A stretch of DNA of 64,000 bases from a bacterium (GCA_965225985.1 OZ245330.1:3098019-3162018), one strand, 5' to 3'. Positions 1-9,811 are shown, numbered from the stretch's first letter. Translations and numbers: made by a program. Notes: generated from the letters alone by a model not told the origin.

Positions 1-506
1 ATCCCAGCATCTGCCCCTACCGGGAGTTCGCCTGCTCGGACGGGGAGATCATCGTCGCCGCCGCGAACGACAGCCTGTGGGAGCGCTTCGCCCGCGCCAT
101 CGGGCGGGCGGACCTCGCCGGCGATCCGCGCTGGAGGCGGAACGCGGACCGCGTCGCGGGCCGGGACGCGCTGGAGGCCGAGTTGCGGAAAACGCTATCG
201 GCCAAGACCCGGGCCGAATGGCTGCGGGCCATCTCGGAAGGGGGGGTGCCCTGCGGGCCGGTGCGGGACATCGGGGAGTTGGCGAACGACCCTCAGATCG
301 CGCACCGCGGCATGGTGGTCGAGATGGCGCACCCGACGGTCGGCGCCCTCAAGGTGATGGGGGTTCCGGTCAAACTCTCCGCCACCCCCGGGTCCGCCGC
401 CGCCCCGCCGCCCCTCCTGGGGGAGCACACCGAAGAGGTGCTCTCGTCCCTTTTGGGCAAGACGAAGGAGGAAATCGGAAATCTGCGGGAGAAAGGGGTG
501 GTTTGA
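1..506 (+). CDS. CoA-transferase family III (CaiB/BaiF-type), 3' part; 5' end lies outside the window
   Basis: Frame-3 translation from the window start (...ANDSLWERFARAIGRADLAGDPRW...) runs continuously into ORF 183..506 (...GPVRDIGELANDPQ...HRGMVVEMAHP...). These are family-III CoA-transferase hallmarks. Confidence 0.75.
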   Translation, partial: PSICPYREFACSDGEIIVAAANDSLWERFARAIGRADLAGDPRWRRNADRVAGRDALEAELRKTLSAKTRAEWLRAISEGGVPCGPVRDIGELANDPQIAHRGMVVEMAHPTVGALKVMGVPVKLSATPGSAAAPPPLLGEHTEEVLSSLLGKTKEEIGNLREKGVV

Positions 507-557
507 GGGCCGGGCGGAACGCGGCGCCCTTGCGGTACGGCGGACCTGCGGATAGGA

Positions 558-1607
558 TTGCGGGCACCTGGAACAGAAGTTTCCCCCTTTCGCGGGAGGC
601 GAGCCCTGAGAGTCATCACCTATTCGGTGAACTTCACGTTGCCGATCACAAATTGGTGCGTGAACCGTTGCGCTTACTGCCATTTCCGGAGCGACGCGCC
701 TCTCCTACTCTCCCTGGAGGAGTGCGGCCGGATCGGGCGTGAGGCGTACGAAAAAGGGGCGATCGAAGCGCTGGTCATGACCGGGGAGGGGATCGACCAT
801 CATCCCGCCCTGCGCCGCCAGCTCGCCCAGTGGGGCTTCGATTCCTACGCCGCCTACACGGCGGAGGTGTGCCGCCTTTGCCTCGAAATCGGTCTTCTTC
901 CCCACACCAATATCGGCACCCTGGAGGAGTGGGAGTACGAGCTCCTCAAGCCCTACAACGTGAGCATGGGCATGATGGCCGAGACGGTGAGCCCGGAGGC
1001 CACCCGCATCGCGCACCGGGCGGCGCCCACCAAAACGCCCGAGCGCAGGCTCGCCTCGGTCGAGGCGGCGGGGAAGCTCGGCATCGCCTTCACCACGGGC
1101 ATCCTGATCGGGATCGGGGAGCGGCCCGAGGAGCGCGTCGCGGGCCTGGAGGCCATCGCCGGGATACACAGCCGCTACGGCCACATCCAGGAGATCATCA
1201 TTCAGCCCCTGAACCCGCAGGAAGAGACGCCGATGGCGCGTTGGGCGCGCCCTTCGGACGGCGAGGTGGCCGAGCTCATCGCGGAGGCGCACCGGCTCAT
1301 GCCCGGCGTGCACGTCCAGATTCCGCCGAACCTGGTGGACGACCTTCCCCGCCTGTTGCGGGCGGGGGCGGACGACATCGGGGGGATTGCGCCCGAGCCG
1401 GATCACATCAACCCCAACCGCCCCTGGCCGGAGCTGGAGGAGCTGGAGGCAGCGATCCGCGGCGACGGAATGACCCTCCGTCTCCGAATGCCCATTTATG
1501 ACGAGTTCATCGCGGCGAGCTGGTGTCCCGATCCCGCGCGCCCCGCCCTGGAGCGGATGCTGGCGCGCCGGGAGGAGGCCGCCTCCGCCGCCGTGGAGGT
1601 CCCATGA
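558..1607 (+). CDS. cofG: FO synthase subunit 1 (7,8-didemethyl-8-hydroxy-5-deazariboflavin synthase CofG), radical SAM
   Basis: 349 aa. Carries the CxxxCxxC motif 'CVNRCAYC'. Typical CofG blocks are present (GEGIDHHP, IGTLEEWE, FTTGILIGIGE). Confidence 0.88.
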   Translation: MRAPGTEVSPFRGRRALRVITYSVNFTLPITNWCVNRCAYCHFRSDAPLLLSLEECGRIGREAYEKGAIEALVMTGEGIDHHPALRRQLAQWGFDSYAAYTAEVCRLCLEIGLLPHTNIGTLEEWEYELLKPYNVSMGMMAETVSPEATRIAHRAAPTKTPERRLASVEAAGKLGIAFTTGILIGIGERPEERVAGLEAIAGIHSRYGHIQEIIIQPLNPQEETPMARWARPSDGEVAELIAEAHRLMPGVHVQIPPNLVDDLPRLLRAGADDIGGIAPEPDHINPNRPWPELEELEAAIRGDGMTLRLRMPIYDEFIAASWCPDPARPALERMLARREEAASAAVEVP

Positions 1608-2839
1608 GCAAACCGGCGAGCGCCGAGATTCTGAACGCCTTCGAAGCGGGGGAAGCGATTTCGCGCTCCGCCGCCGCAGCCCTGCTGGAGGAAACCTCCC
1701 CCGAGGCGATCGAGCGGCTGAACGCCGCCGCCGACGCCGAGCGGAAGCGCACCGCCGGCGACGAGGTGAGTTACGTCATCAACGCGAACGTGAACTTCAC
1801 CAACGTCTGCTACACCGACTGCAAGTACTGCGGCTTTTGGCGCCGCCCGAACGCCCCGGACGCCTACACCCACGGCGACGACGTCCTCCGCGCCAAGTTC
1901 GAGCGCGCGCGGGGCTTCGGCGTGGGCGAGATCTGCATGCAGGGCGGGCTCAACCCCGCCATCTCTCTCGACCGCTACGAGGAGGTGCTGCGCCTGGCCC
2001 GGGAGGTCATCCCCGGGGTCCACATGCACGCCTACTCGCCGGCGGAGATCGATCATATTCAGCGCAAGACGCGCCTGCCGCTCGAAACCATCCTGCGCAG
2101 GCTGAAAGACGCGGGGCTGGGCTCCATCCCCGGGACGGCGGCGGAGATCCTCGTCGAGCACGTGAAAAAACTCATCAGCCCGGGGCGGATTCCGGTCGAG
2201 CGCTGGTGCGAGATCATCAAGACCGCCCACGCGGTGGGAATCCCGACCACCTCGACCGTGATGTACGGCCACATCGAATCCGCCGGGGACCTGGCCGAAC
2301 ACATGGATATCATCCGCAGCATCCAAGCCGAGTCCGACCGGGGGGGCGGGGCGCGCTTCACCGAATTCGTCCCCCTCCCGTTCATCCCGTACGACAACAA
2401 AATGGGGGAGGAATTCGGCATCCGGAAGATGGCTGGGCTGGATTACATCTTCCGCCTCCATGCCGTTGCTCGGTTGTTCTTCCGCGGCGCGATAACGAAT
2501 CTTCAGGTGGCCTGGCCCAAAATCGGAATCGAGGCGGCGAAGCGGGCGCTCTCGTTCGGGGTGAACGACCTGGGCGGCACCCTCATCGAGGAGAACATCA
2601 GCCGGGGCTCGGGTTCGGAATACGGCCAGAGCCTGACGGTCTCGCAGTTCAACGAGGCCATCCGCGCGGCCGGGCGCGTCCCCGTCCAGCGCACCACCAC
2701 CTACGACATCATCCGTGAGAGCGACCCCCGCTACCGCCACCCCCGCTCCGAGGATGAAGCCTATCTCGGCGAGGGGAACTACGGCGGCCGGAAAAAGTCT
2801 CCCTCCCTTCCCATGGCGAATGCCGCCGACCCCCCCTAG
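1604..2839 (+). CDS. cofH: FO synthase subunit 2 (CofH), radical SAM
   Basis: ATG at 1604 overlaps the cofG stop (ATGA). Radical-SAM motif 'CYTDCKYC'. CofH-like blocks are present (GLNPAISLDRYEEVLRLARE, VMYGHIESAGD). Confidence 0.88.
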   Translation: MSKPASAEILNAFEAGEAISRSAAAALLEETSPEAIERLNAAADAERKRTAGDEVSYVINANVNFTNVCYTDCKYCGFWRRPNAPDAYTHGDDVLRAKFERARGFGVGEICMQGGLNPAISLDRYEEVLRLAREVIPGVHMHAYSPAEIDHIQRKTRLPLETILRRLKDAGLGSIPGTAAEILVEHVKKLISPGRIPVERWCEIIKTAHAVGIPTTSTVMYGHIESAGDLAEHMDIIRSIQAESDRGGGARFTEFVPLPFIPYDNKMGEEFGIRKMAGLDYIFRLHAVARLFFRGAITNLQVAWPKIGIEAAKRALSFGVNDLGGTLIEENISRGSGSEYGQSLTVSQFNEAIRAAGRVPVQRTTTYDIIRESDPRYRHPRSEDEAYLGEGNYGGRKKSPSLPMANAADPP

Positions 2840-2878
2840 GCACCGCCGCACACCCACTCTTAAGCGAGGCTCCACGAT

Positions 2879-4324
2879 TTGCCTGAACTGCATCACAACT
2901 CATTCAAGGACATGATGAACGACGTGGTGGAAGCGGGAAGCTGCTGCGAGTGCGGCAGCTGCGTTCTCGTTTGCCCCCACAACGTAATCGAATACGTCGA
3001 CGCGAAGCCGAAGCAGACGGCCAAGGCGAGCGCGGCGTTCGACTACTGCGGAATCAGCGAGGGGATCGGCTGCGATGTGTGCGCTTCGGTGTGCCCGCGC
3101 CTCTGGCCCCGCGAGATCCATCTGCGCGACGCGGCCTTCGGCGACCGGGGAACGCTCTACGAGGGCATCTTCGGCGCCTACCGACGGATTTTCATGGCGC
3201 GCACCAAGCGCGAGGACGTAATGGAGCGCGCCCAGGACGGCGGGATCGTGACCGCCCTCCTCGCCTGGGCCCTCGCGGCGGGCGAGATCGACGGCGCGGT
3301 GGTCTCGGCGGTGGGCGAGGACGACCCGCCGTGCGATCCCAGCCCCAAGGTGATCACCACCTACGAGGAAATCGTGGCCAGCGCGGGAAGCTGGTACACC
3401 TACTGCGAAAACAACATGGCCCTGCGGGAGGTCAAGGAGCGCGACCTGAAAAAGGTCGCCTTCGTGGGGGTCCCCTGCCAGATCACCCCGCTCCGCAAGA
3501 TGGAGCTCATCGACCCGGCCTTTCTCCTCTCCGCCAAGAAAAGGCCCCAAATCATTCAAAAGCAGCGGGGCTTCCTGCGCGGCTTCTCCGACCGGGTGGC
3601 CTTCAACATCGGGCTTTTCTGCACCGAAGTCTTCACCTTCGATCTGATGACGGAAAAGATCGAAAAGGAGTTGGGCATACCCCTCACCGAGGTATCGAAG
3701 TTCAACGTCAAAGGAGAGGTGCTCGTTTACAAGAAAGACGGCGAGCTCGTCACCTTTCCCCTCCAGGAGGCGATGGAGAATTACCAGCGGCCCGAATGCC
3801 AGCACTGCGCGGACTTCTCGGCCGAACTCTCCGACATCGCCTGCGGCGGGGTCGGCACCCGGGGCTGGACCATCGTCGTCCTGCGCACCGAGAAGGGAGA
3901 GCGCGTCTGGCGCGCCTTCGAGGAAGAGGGGCTGATCGAAACCAAACCCATGCAGGAGAACCGGCGGGCCTGGAACATTCTCCAAATCCTCTCCCGCAGG
4001 CAGCGGAACCGCGTCCCCGAGGGGGGCGTGCGGAGCGGAACCGCGCCGGGGCTTCCCCCGTATTCTGTCCCGGGCGACGCCGAGTTCGCCGCCGCGCGGA
4101 TGCAGGAGAGCGGCAAGAGCGAGGAAGAGCTCACCGCCGCCCTCGACGCCGCCTACGAGAGCGAGGAGCGGCCGGCCGGGGTCAGGGGATACATGGCCGG
4201 CCAGCCCATCCCCGGCGATCCGGGAGATCCCCCGCCCGGCGAGAAACGGAAGCATCCCCCGCCGCCCACCCCCGACCAAGGCGGGGCGCCGCCCGGGTGG
4301 AAAGCGGACGAGAGCGCAGCGTGA
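2879..4324 (+). CDS. FrhB/FdhB-family F420-binding flavoprotein with an N-terminal 2x[4Fe-4S] ferredoxin domain and a C-terminal Pro/Gly-rich disordered tail
   Basis: Two Cys clusters 'CECGSCVLVCP' and 'CDVCASVCP', followed by FrhB_FdhB N- and C-like regions (GGIVTALLAWAL..., VGVPCQI..., CQHCADFSAELSDIACGG). The last roughly 120 aa are low complexity. Confidence 0.75.
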   Translation: MPELHHNSFKDMMNDVVEAGSCCECGSCVLVCPHNVIEYVDAKPKQTAKASAAFDYCGISEGIGCDVCASVCPRLWPREIHLRDAAFGDRGTLYEGIFGAYRRIFMARTKREDVMERAQDGGIVTALLAWALAAGEIDGAVVSAVGEDDPPCDPSPKVITTYEEIVASAGSWYTYCENNMALREVKERDLKKVAFVGVPCQITPLRKMELIDPAFLLSAKKRPQIIQKQRGFLRGFSDRVAFNIGLFCTEVFTFDLMTEKIEKELGIPLTEVSKFNVKGEVLVYKKDGELVTFPLQEAMENYQRPECQHCADFSAELSDIACGGVGTRGWTIVVLRTEKGERVWRAFEEEGLIETKPMQENRRAWNILQILSRRQRNRVPEGGVRSGTAPGLPPYSVPGDAEFAAARMQESGKSEEELTAALDAAYESEERPAGVRGYMAGQPIPGDPGDPPPGEKRKHPPPPTPDQGGAPPGWKADESAA

Positions 4325-4950
4325 GGGAAGTGAAGGCCCCCGCTTCCCTCAACGCCGTCTCGCTCGGGGAGGCGCTCATCCGCCGGCGGTCGATCCGGAA
4401 TTTCTCGCCCGGGCCCGTGGACCCGGAACGCATCCGAATCGCCATCGAGGCCGCCTGCCTCGCCCCCAGCCCGCACGGGACCGAGCCCTGGCGCTTCTGC
4501 CTTCTCGAATCGCCCGAGGCGAAAAAGAAGCTGGCAGAGGAGATGGGCCGCGATTTTCTCCGGGACATGGAGAGCGAGGGGGTCCCCGGGGAGGAGCGAG
4601 CCCGCCGCCACGCCGGAAGCCTTCGCCTCCTGACCGGGGCCCCCGTACTCCTTCTCGCCGCGCTCTCCCTCTCCGGCCTCGACGCCTACGAAGACCCCGG
4701 GCGCCAGGCGCACGAGTATATGATGGCCGAGCACAGCCTGGGGGCGGCGCTCCAAAACCTCATGCTCGCCCTCGCCGCCCAGGGCGTGGGGACCGTCTGG
4801 CGCTGCGCCCCCCTCTTTTGCCCCGAGACGGCGCGCGCCGCCCTGGACCTGCCCGGGGACTGGATTCCCCGGGCGCTCATTCTCGCGGGGTATCCCGAGG
4901 CCGCCCCGCCGCCGAAGACGCCCCCCGCCCCGCAAATCCTCGTCCGATGA
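4321..4950 (+). CDS. Nitroreductase-family flavoprotein, similar to the FbiB C-terminal domain (putative dehydro-F420-0 reductase)
   Basis: GTG at 4321 overlaps the upstream stop (GTGA). Nitroreductase-fold blocks (RRSIRNFSPGPV, GTEPWRF, AEHSLGAALQNLMLALAAQGVGTVW). It sits inside the F420 operon. Confidence 0.72.
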   Translation: MREVKAPASLNAVSLGEALIRRRSIRNFSPGPVDPERIRIAIEAACLAPSPHGTEPWRFCLLESPEAKKKLAEEMGRDFLRDMESEGVPGEERARRHAGSLRLLTGAPVLLLAALSLSGLDAYEDPGRQAHEYMMAEHSLGAALQNLMLALAAQGVGTVWRCAPLFCPETARAALDLPGDWIPRALILAGYPEAAPPPKTPPAPQILVR

Positions 4951-5888
4951 AGGGGCCCGTCCTTGCCCTCGCCGGGGGGGTCGGAGGCGCCAAGCTCGCG
5001 GTGGGCCTCGCGGCCGCGCTTCCGCCGGGGGCGCTCACCGTCGTCGTCAATACCGCGGACGATCTGTCCCTTCACGGCCTCCACATCAGCCCCGACCTCG
5101 ACACCGTGATGTACAACCTGGCCGGGGTGGCCGACCCGGAACAGGGATGGGGGATCGCCGGGGATACCACCACCGCCCTCGAATTGCTCGGCCGGCTCGG
5201 CGGGCCCACCTGGTTCCGGCTGGGGGATCAGGACCTCGCCACCCACGTCCGGCGCACCCAGCGCCTCGCCGAAGGCGCCCGCCTCACCGAGGTGACGGCC
5301 GAGCTTTGCGCGGCGCTCGGCATCCGCTCCCGCGTCCTTCCGATGACGGACAGCCCCGTGGCGACGCGCGTGAACACGCCCGAGGGCGAATTGGAGTTCC
5401 AGGACTATTTTGTCGCCCGAAGCACCCGGCCCCGGGTGACGGGCGTGCGCTTCCAAGGCGCGGAACGATCCCGGATGACGCCGGAGGCGGAAGAAGCCCT
5501 CAAGGAGGCGCGCGCTATCGTGTTCTGCCCTTCCAATCCGATCGTGAGCGTGGGACCCATCCTCGCCGTCCCCGGATTTCTCGAAAAATTCATGCAGAAC
5601 GACGCTCCCCGGATCGCGGTGAGTCCCATCGTGGGGGGAGCCGCTCTTCGCGGGCCCGCGGCCGAAATGCTCGAGGGCATGGGGCACGAGGCGACCGCGC
5701 TCGGGGTGGCGAGGATTTACCAAGAATTCCTGGACGGGTTCGTCCTCGACGAAGAAGACGCCGAACTCCTGCCGGAAATCGAAAAGCTGGGCCTGGCGGC
5801 ACGGGCGCTTCCCACCATCATGACCGATTTGGAGTCAAAAAAACGCCTCGCCGGGGAAATTCTCCGCTTCGCCGGCGGCCTTCGGTAA
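4947..5888 (+). CDS. cofD: 2-phospho-L-lactate transferase CofD
   Basis: ATG at 4947 overlaps the upstream stop (ATGA). CofD/UPF0052 blocks (LALAGGVGGAKL, VVNTADD, FCPSNPIVSVGPIL). Confidence 0.88.
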   Translation: MKGPVLALAGGVGGAKLAVGLAAALPPGALTVVVNTADDLSLHGLHISPDLDTVMYNLAGVADPEQGWGIAGDTTTALELLGRLGGPTWFRLGDQDLATHVRRTQRLAEGARLTEVTAELCAALGIRSRVLPMTDSPVATRVNTPEGELEFQDYFVARSTRPRVTGVRFQGAERSRMTPEAEEALKEARAIVFCPSNPIVSVGPILAVPGFLEKFMQNDAPRIAVSPIVGGAALRGPAAEMLEGMGHEATALGVARIYQEFLDGFVLDEEDAELLPEIEKLGLAARALPTIMTDLESKKRLAGEILRFAGGLR

Positions 5889-5963
5889 GACCCTTTCCGG
5901 CAGCCGTGATAAGATGGGCCTGCACACGTAACCATTCCATTAAATGGTCGCGGGGCATTTCGG

Positions 5964-6617
5964 ATGGCCACATCGGGAGAATGCATCGCTCTGGTGCCGG
6001 AGCGGGGGTTCCGCTCCGGAAAGTCCCGCCTCTCGCCCGTCCTCACGCCCGAGGAGCGGGACGAGCTCGGGCGCTGGATGCTGGGCCGCGTGCTCATCGC
6101 CCTCCGGGAATCAGATTCGGTCGGGCGGGTCGCCGTCCTCAGCGAGGACGATGAGGTGCTCGCCTTCGCGGGCGAGAACGGCGCCGCGGGCATTCGCTGC
6201 GAGGGCGCCGAGATGAACGCCGACCTGGAGAAAGGCCGCGCCTGGTCCCTTTCGAAAGGCGCCAGCGCCCTCCTCGTCATTCCGGGCGACCTCCCTGCCC
6301 TCCGGGCAATCGAAGTGGATTCGCTGATTGACCTCGGGAAAAAAACAAACGGGGAGAAAGGTTGCGTCGTCCTCACGCCCGCATTGGATGGGGGGACAAA
6401 CGGAATCTATCTGCGCCCCGCCGGCGCGCTCTCCTTCTCCTTCGGGCCCGGAAGTTTCAAGCGCCACTCCGCTGCGGCAAAGGCGGCGGGCCTGGAGGTG
6501 TCGCGTTTTGAAAGCCTGGGCCTGTGTCTGGACGTGGACCGCCCCTCGGACATTGTCGCCTTCCTGCGTTCCGGGGTACCGGCCCCCGAGTGGCTGGCGG
6601 AAATCCCGCTGCCATGA
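5964..6617 (+). CDS. cofC: 2-phospho-L-lactate/PEP guanylyltransferase CofC
   Basis: 217 aa. CofC-like N-terminus (IALVPERGFRSGKSRL) and GTP:adenosylcobinamide-phosphate guanylyltransferase-like fold features. Lies between cofD and cofE. Confidence 0.8.
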   Translation: MATSGECIALVPERGFRSGKSRLSPVLTPEERDELGRWMLGRVLIALRESDSVGRVAVLSEDDEVLAFAGENGAAGIRCEGAEMNADLEKGRAWSLSKGASALLVIPGDLPALRAIEVDSLIDLGKKTNGEKGCVVLTPALDGGTNGIYLRPAGALSFSFGPGSFKRHSAAAKAAGLEVSRFESLGLCLDVDRPSDIVAFLRSGVPAPEWLAEIPLP

Positions 6618-7375
6618 ATCCGGTTCAAATTCTTCCCATCAACGACCTCCCGGAAATCCGGGAAGGGGACGACCTTCCCCGCCTCCTCCTGGACGCGATG
6701 CGGGAAAGCGGCATCCGCTTCAAAGAAGGGGATATCCTCGTTCTGGCCCAAAAGATCGTGAGCAAGGCCGAGGGCCGCTTCGTCCGCCTGTCCGGGGTAT
6801 CGCCTTCGCCGGACGCCATTCGGATCGCCGAGCGGGACGGCCGCGACGCGCGCATGGTGGAGGTGGTCCTGCGCGAGTCGAACGAGGTGGTGGCGGCCTC
6901 GGAGCGCGCCCTCATCGCCGAGCACCGATCGGGCGCCGTTTGCGCCCACGCGGGGGTGGACCGATCCAACCTGACGGGAGACGCGGATCTCGTGCTGCTT
7001 CTCCCGGCTGACTCCGACGCCTCGGCAAGAAAGATCCGCGAAGCCCTCAACCGCCTTGCGGGGGCCGGCCCCGCCGTCATCATCGCCGATACCCAGGGGC
7101 GCGCCTTCCGAAGCGGGGTGGTCGGGGTGGCGATCGGCTGCGCGGGGGTGGAGCCGGTTGCGGACCTCCGCGGCACAAAGGATCGGGCCGGGCGGCCGCT
7201 CGAGATCACCCAGGTGGCCCAGGCGGACGAGCTGGCCGCCGCCGGGAGCCTGGCCATGGGGCAGGCGGCCGAAGGCGTGCCGGCCGTCATCGTCCGCGGG
7301 TTCGGCTACCGGCCCGGGGAAGAGCCGGCCACCCGCCTCTTCCGCAAAAAGGCGGAAGACCTCTTCCGCCGATAA
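6614..7375 (+). CDS. cofE: Coenzyme F420-0:L-glutamate ligase CofE
   Basis: ATG at 6614 overlaps the cofC stop (ATGA). CofE blocks (GDILVLAQKIVSKAEGR, HAGVDRSN, IADTQGRAFR). There is no fused nitroreductase domain. Confidence 0.88.
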   Translation: MNPVQILPINDLPEIREGDDLPRLLLDAMRESGIRFKEGDILVLAQKIVSKAEGRFVRLSGVSPSPDAIRIAERDGRDARMVEVVLRESNEVVAASERALIAEHRSGAVCAHAGVDRSNLTGDADLVLLLPADSDASARKIREALNRLAGAGPAVIIADTQGRAFRSGVVGVAIGCAGVEPVADLRGTKDRAGRPLEITQVAQADELAAAGSLAMGQAAEGVPAVIVRGFGYRPGEEPATRLFRKKAEDLFRR

Positions 7376-7440
7376 TCTCCGGGAGGGCTCCGCCTTCGGG
7401 CAGCCGGGGCTTTCCCCAAAATTCATGAGGAAAATGAAAC

Positions 7441-7761
7441 ATGCCGCTTTTTCGCTGGAGTGAAATCGAGGAGAAACAACTCAACGCGCTGGTCCGCGGC
7501 CGGATCGTGAAAACCGATAATGTGATGGCCTGCCGGATCACCGCGCCGCGGGGGGAGATATCCACCCACGAGCATGACTTCGACCAGATCACGCATATCA
7601 TCAGCGGAAAATTGAATTTCCGCCTCGGAGACGGAAACCAACGGATCGTTCAGGCGGGAGACGTCATGGTTTTGCCGGCGGGAACTCCGCACGGGGGCGA
7701 GGTGCTCGAGGAGGCGGAATACATCGATATCTTCTCTCCCCCCAATCCGGACTTCGCCTGA
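7441..7761 (+). CDS. Cupin-domain protein
   Basis: 106 aa. Cupin motifs around 'THEHDFDQITHIISGKL' and 'GDVMVLPAGTPHG'. Confidence 0.65.
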   Translation: MPLFRWSEIEEKQLNALVRGRIVKTDNVMACRITAPRGEISTHEHDFDQITHIISGKLNFRLGDGNQRIVQAGDVMVLPAGTPHGGEVLEEAEYIDIFSPPNPDFA

Positions 7762-8491
7762 GGCGAAGAAGCACCCGGGAAGCCATTCCCCCCGCCGGAA
7801 AAAGAGATCTGTTGAAAATTCACGTTCACCGGTGAATGACCCATTTACCGCGTCCCGTGGGATGAACCATACGGTTTGCAGGGTTCCGGCTTTTTTTGCA
7901 TAATTTACGCGGAGCGGTGAAAAAGGGACGCGGGATCGACCTGTACGCAGCAAGCCCGAACAGACGGCAAAAAGGATTTCTCCATGGCGGAAAGCGAACA
8001 TTCTTCCCATGTTGGGGAGGAGGAGCGAAACGAGGAATCGGGCGCATATGGGCCCTCCGGGGACGGCGACGCGGCCACTTCACCGGCGGCCGGGCTGATC
8101 ACGCTCGGATCGAAGACCGCCTTGCTCTCGCGCCCGATGCCCTGCCCCTACCTCGGCTCAAGCGAGGGCAGGGAGCACCCCTTCGACACGCCCTCCCGGA
8201 GAAACGGCTGCTACGCCCAAAAGGGGAAGAAAAAGGGGGGGCCGGCGCCCGGGGGCCGCCTCGTACAGCCGCATTCCGCGTGAAAAGCAAGAAAGCCATT
8301 GCTTGAGCCATTTCGCCCAATGCGAGCTGTACCAAAAAAAGCTTCAAGAGGAACCCGAAGATGCCGCGGGCGGGGCTGGGTCCCGCTCCAACTCGGATTC
8401 ACCGGCTTCCGATGCGAAGAGCAAACAGAGAGATAAGACGCATCGGTCCGGAACAAGAAAGAGAAAGTAATCGCGGAAAAGATCCTTTCCC

Positions 8492-8836
8492 ATGTTCGCG
8501 GGCCGCCGGTGGAGAAAGTTCTTTCAGGTCGGCCTCCTCACCTCGTTTTGCTTCGTTTCGGCGCTCGCCCTTTACATCATCATCGCGCTCGAGCCTTCAA
8601 GCTGGCTCATGTTCGTCTTTGAAACCCGAATCCGACAGCGGCTCCAATCGCTCGGCCTGAGACAACCGGGCATTGCGGGTAAGACCCAACCCGGAGGAAT
8701 CCCCGGCGGCGGCCTCCGGTCGTTGAAAGGTATGTCCGCGGCCCAAAAGAAAAAACTGAAGAGCAAGGGAATTCCCAAAGGGATGTCCCGGGCGCAATTG
8801 GAAAAACTCAAAAAACAATTTAAGGGAAGAAGATAA
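8492..8836 (+). CDS. Hypothetical small membrane protein with a Lys-rich tail
   Basis: ORF with one TM segment (LLTSFCFVSALALYIIIAL) and a basic C-terminus. GC is somewhat lower here. Confidence 0.35.
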   Translation: MFAGRRWRKFFQVGLLTSFCFVSALALYIIIALEPSSWLMFVFETRIRQRLQSLGLRQPGIAGKTQPGGIPGGGLRSLKGMSAAQKKKLKSKGIPKGMSRAQLEKLKKQFKGRR

Positions 8837-8980
8837 GCGTCCCGATCCGCGCATCCCGGAAATCCAGGAAGAAGAATCCATTTTTGTCCGGGCTGCGCCT
8901 TTCCCCGGGCAAGATAACCACCGGCTTCTGGGCGGCCGAAGAGCCGGCCGCAATGCCCCCTCGATCCGAAGAAGGTTCTG

Positions 8981-9763
8981 ATGAGAAAAATATTTTCCCC
9001 GGTTCAGTTCGATTTCCGGGCCCGGAACGTTGGGCCGCCTGAAAGGAAAACCCTTTTCCCGGCGAAAACGGCGCGCCTCAAAATACGGAACCGGCTGGCG
9101 GTACTGGCCGTCCTTTTATCCGCATCGTGGGCAACGCCCGCCCTCCCCCAGGCTGAGAAGAAATCACCGCCGCCCGGGGCGCCGACAGCGGACCGGCCCA
9201 CGCTGGCAAAGGGCGATTGCTGGCGATACCGGAACCTGAACGTCCGGAAGGGCCCGAGCGAATCGGTTCGATGCGTCGTTAAGGTGCTAAACGACGGCTA
9301 CGTCATGCGGACAAAAGGCCGCGTCGAGGGACTCGCCCGTTACGATCGCAACCTGGTTTGGCTCGGCTCGATCGGCCAAAACAGGGTCATCCGCCAGCCG
9401 GGGCGGAGCCGGCCCCCGCTCCGGCTGAATTTTCCCCTCTGGGTGGGAAAAAGCTGGTCTGACAGTTACCGGGTGCTGGATGAAACGCTCACCGGCTTCC
9501 ACCATTTTGCGAATCTCTACGTCGTCGAAGCCGTGGAGACCATCCGCATTTCATCCCAGGATATCCTGACTTTCCGAATCCGGTGGATCAGAAAAAGCGT
9601 GGCGAGCGGCGAGTCGGCCGAGGGCCACACCTGGTACGCGCCCGCGGTCCGGAACGTGGTGCGGATACAAAATAATTGGCCGGGCGGAACGAACCTCATT
9701 CTGACCGGGTTCAAACCCTCATCCAACCCTCCCCAGACAACAGGGCGCCGAAAATCGAAATAG
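8981..9763 (+). CDS. Hypothetical secreted protein
   Basis: 260-aa ORF with a signal-peptide-like segment (RLAVLAVLLSASWATPALPQA). I see no recognisable family. Confidence 0.5.
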   Translation: MRKIFSPVQFDFRARNVGPPERKTLFPAKTARLKIRNRLAVLAVLLSASWATPALPQAEKKSPPPGAPTADRPTLAKGDCWRYRNLNVRKGPSESVRCVVKVLNDGYVMRTKGRVEGLARYDRNLVWLGSIGQNRVIRQPGRSRPPLRLNFPLWVGKSWSDSYRVLDETLTGFHHFANLYVVEAVETIRISSQDILTFRIRWIRKSVASGESAEGHTWYAPAVRNVVRIQNNWPGGTNLILTGFKPSSNPPQTTGRRKSK

Positions 9764-9811
9764 CGTTCGGCTCAAGTTTTCTCCAAAGACGCTTCACAGG
9801 CCGATTTCCCC

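Noticed and set aside
2950-4950. Very long ORFs in alternative frames or on the opposite strand (2950..4950, 17412..18650, 25228..27276, 30098..31039, 47468..50401, 27697 extension to 30051, and others)
   Set aside because: In roughly 70% GC DNA, stop codons are rare in non-coding frames. These ORFs translate to Arg/Pro/Gly-rich low-complexity sequence. They overlap genes with clear homology in another frame.
7800-8480. Small ORFs in the cupin-downstream region (7984..8283 and others) as genes, or an RNA
   Set aside because: They have no homology signal, overlap each other in different frames and lack convincing RBS or promoter and terminator structure. I left them unannotated.
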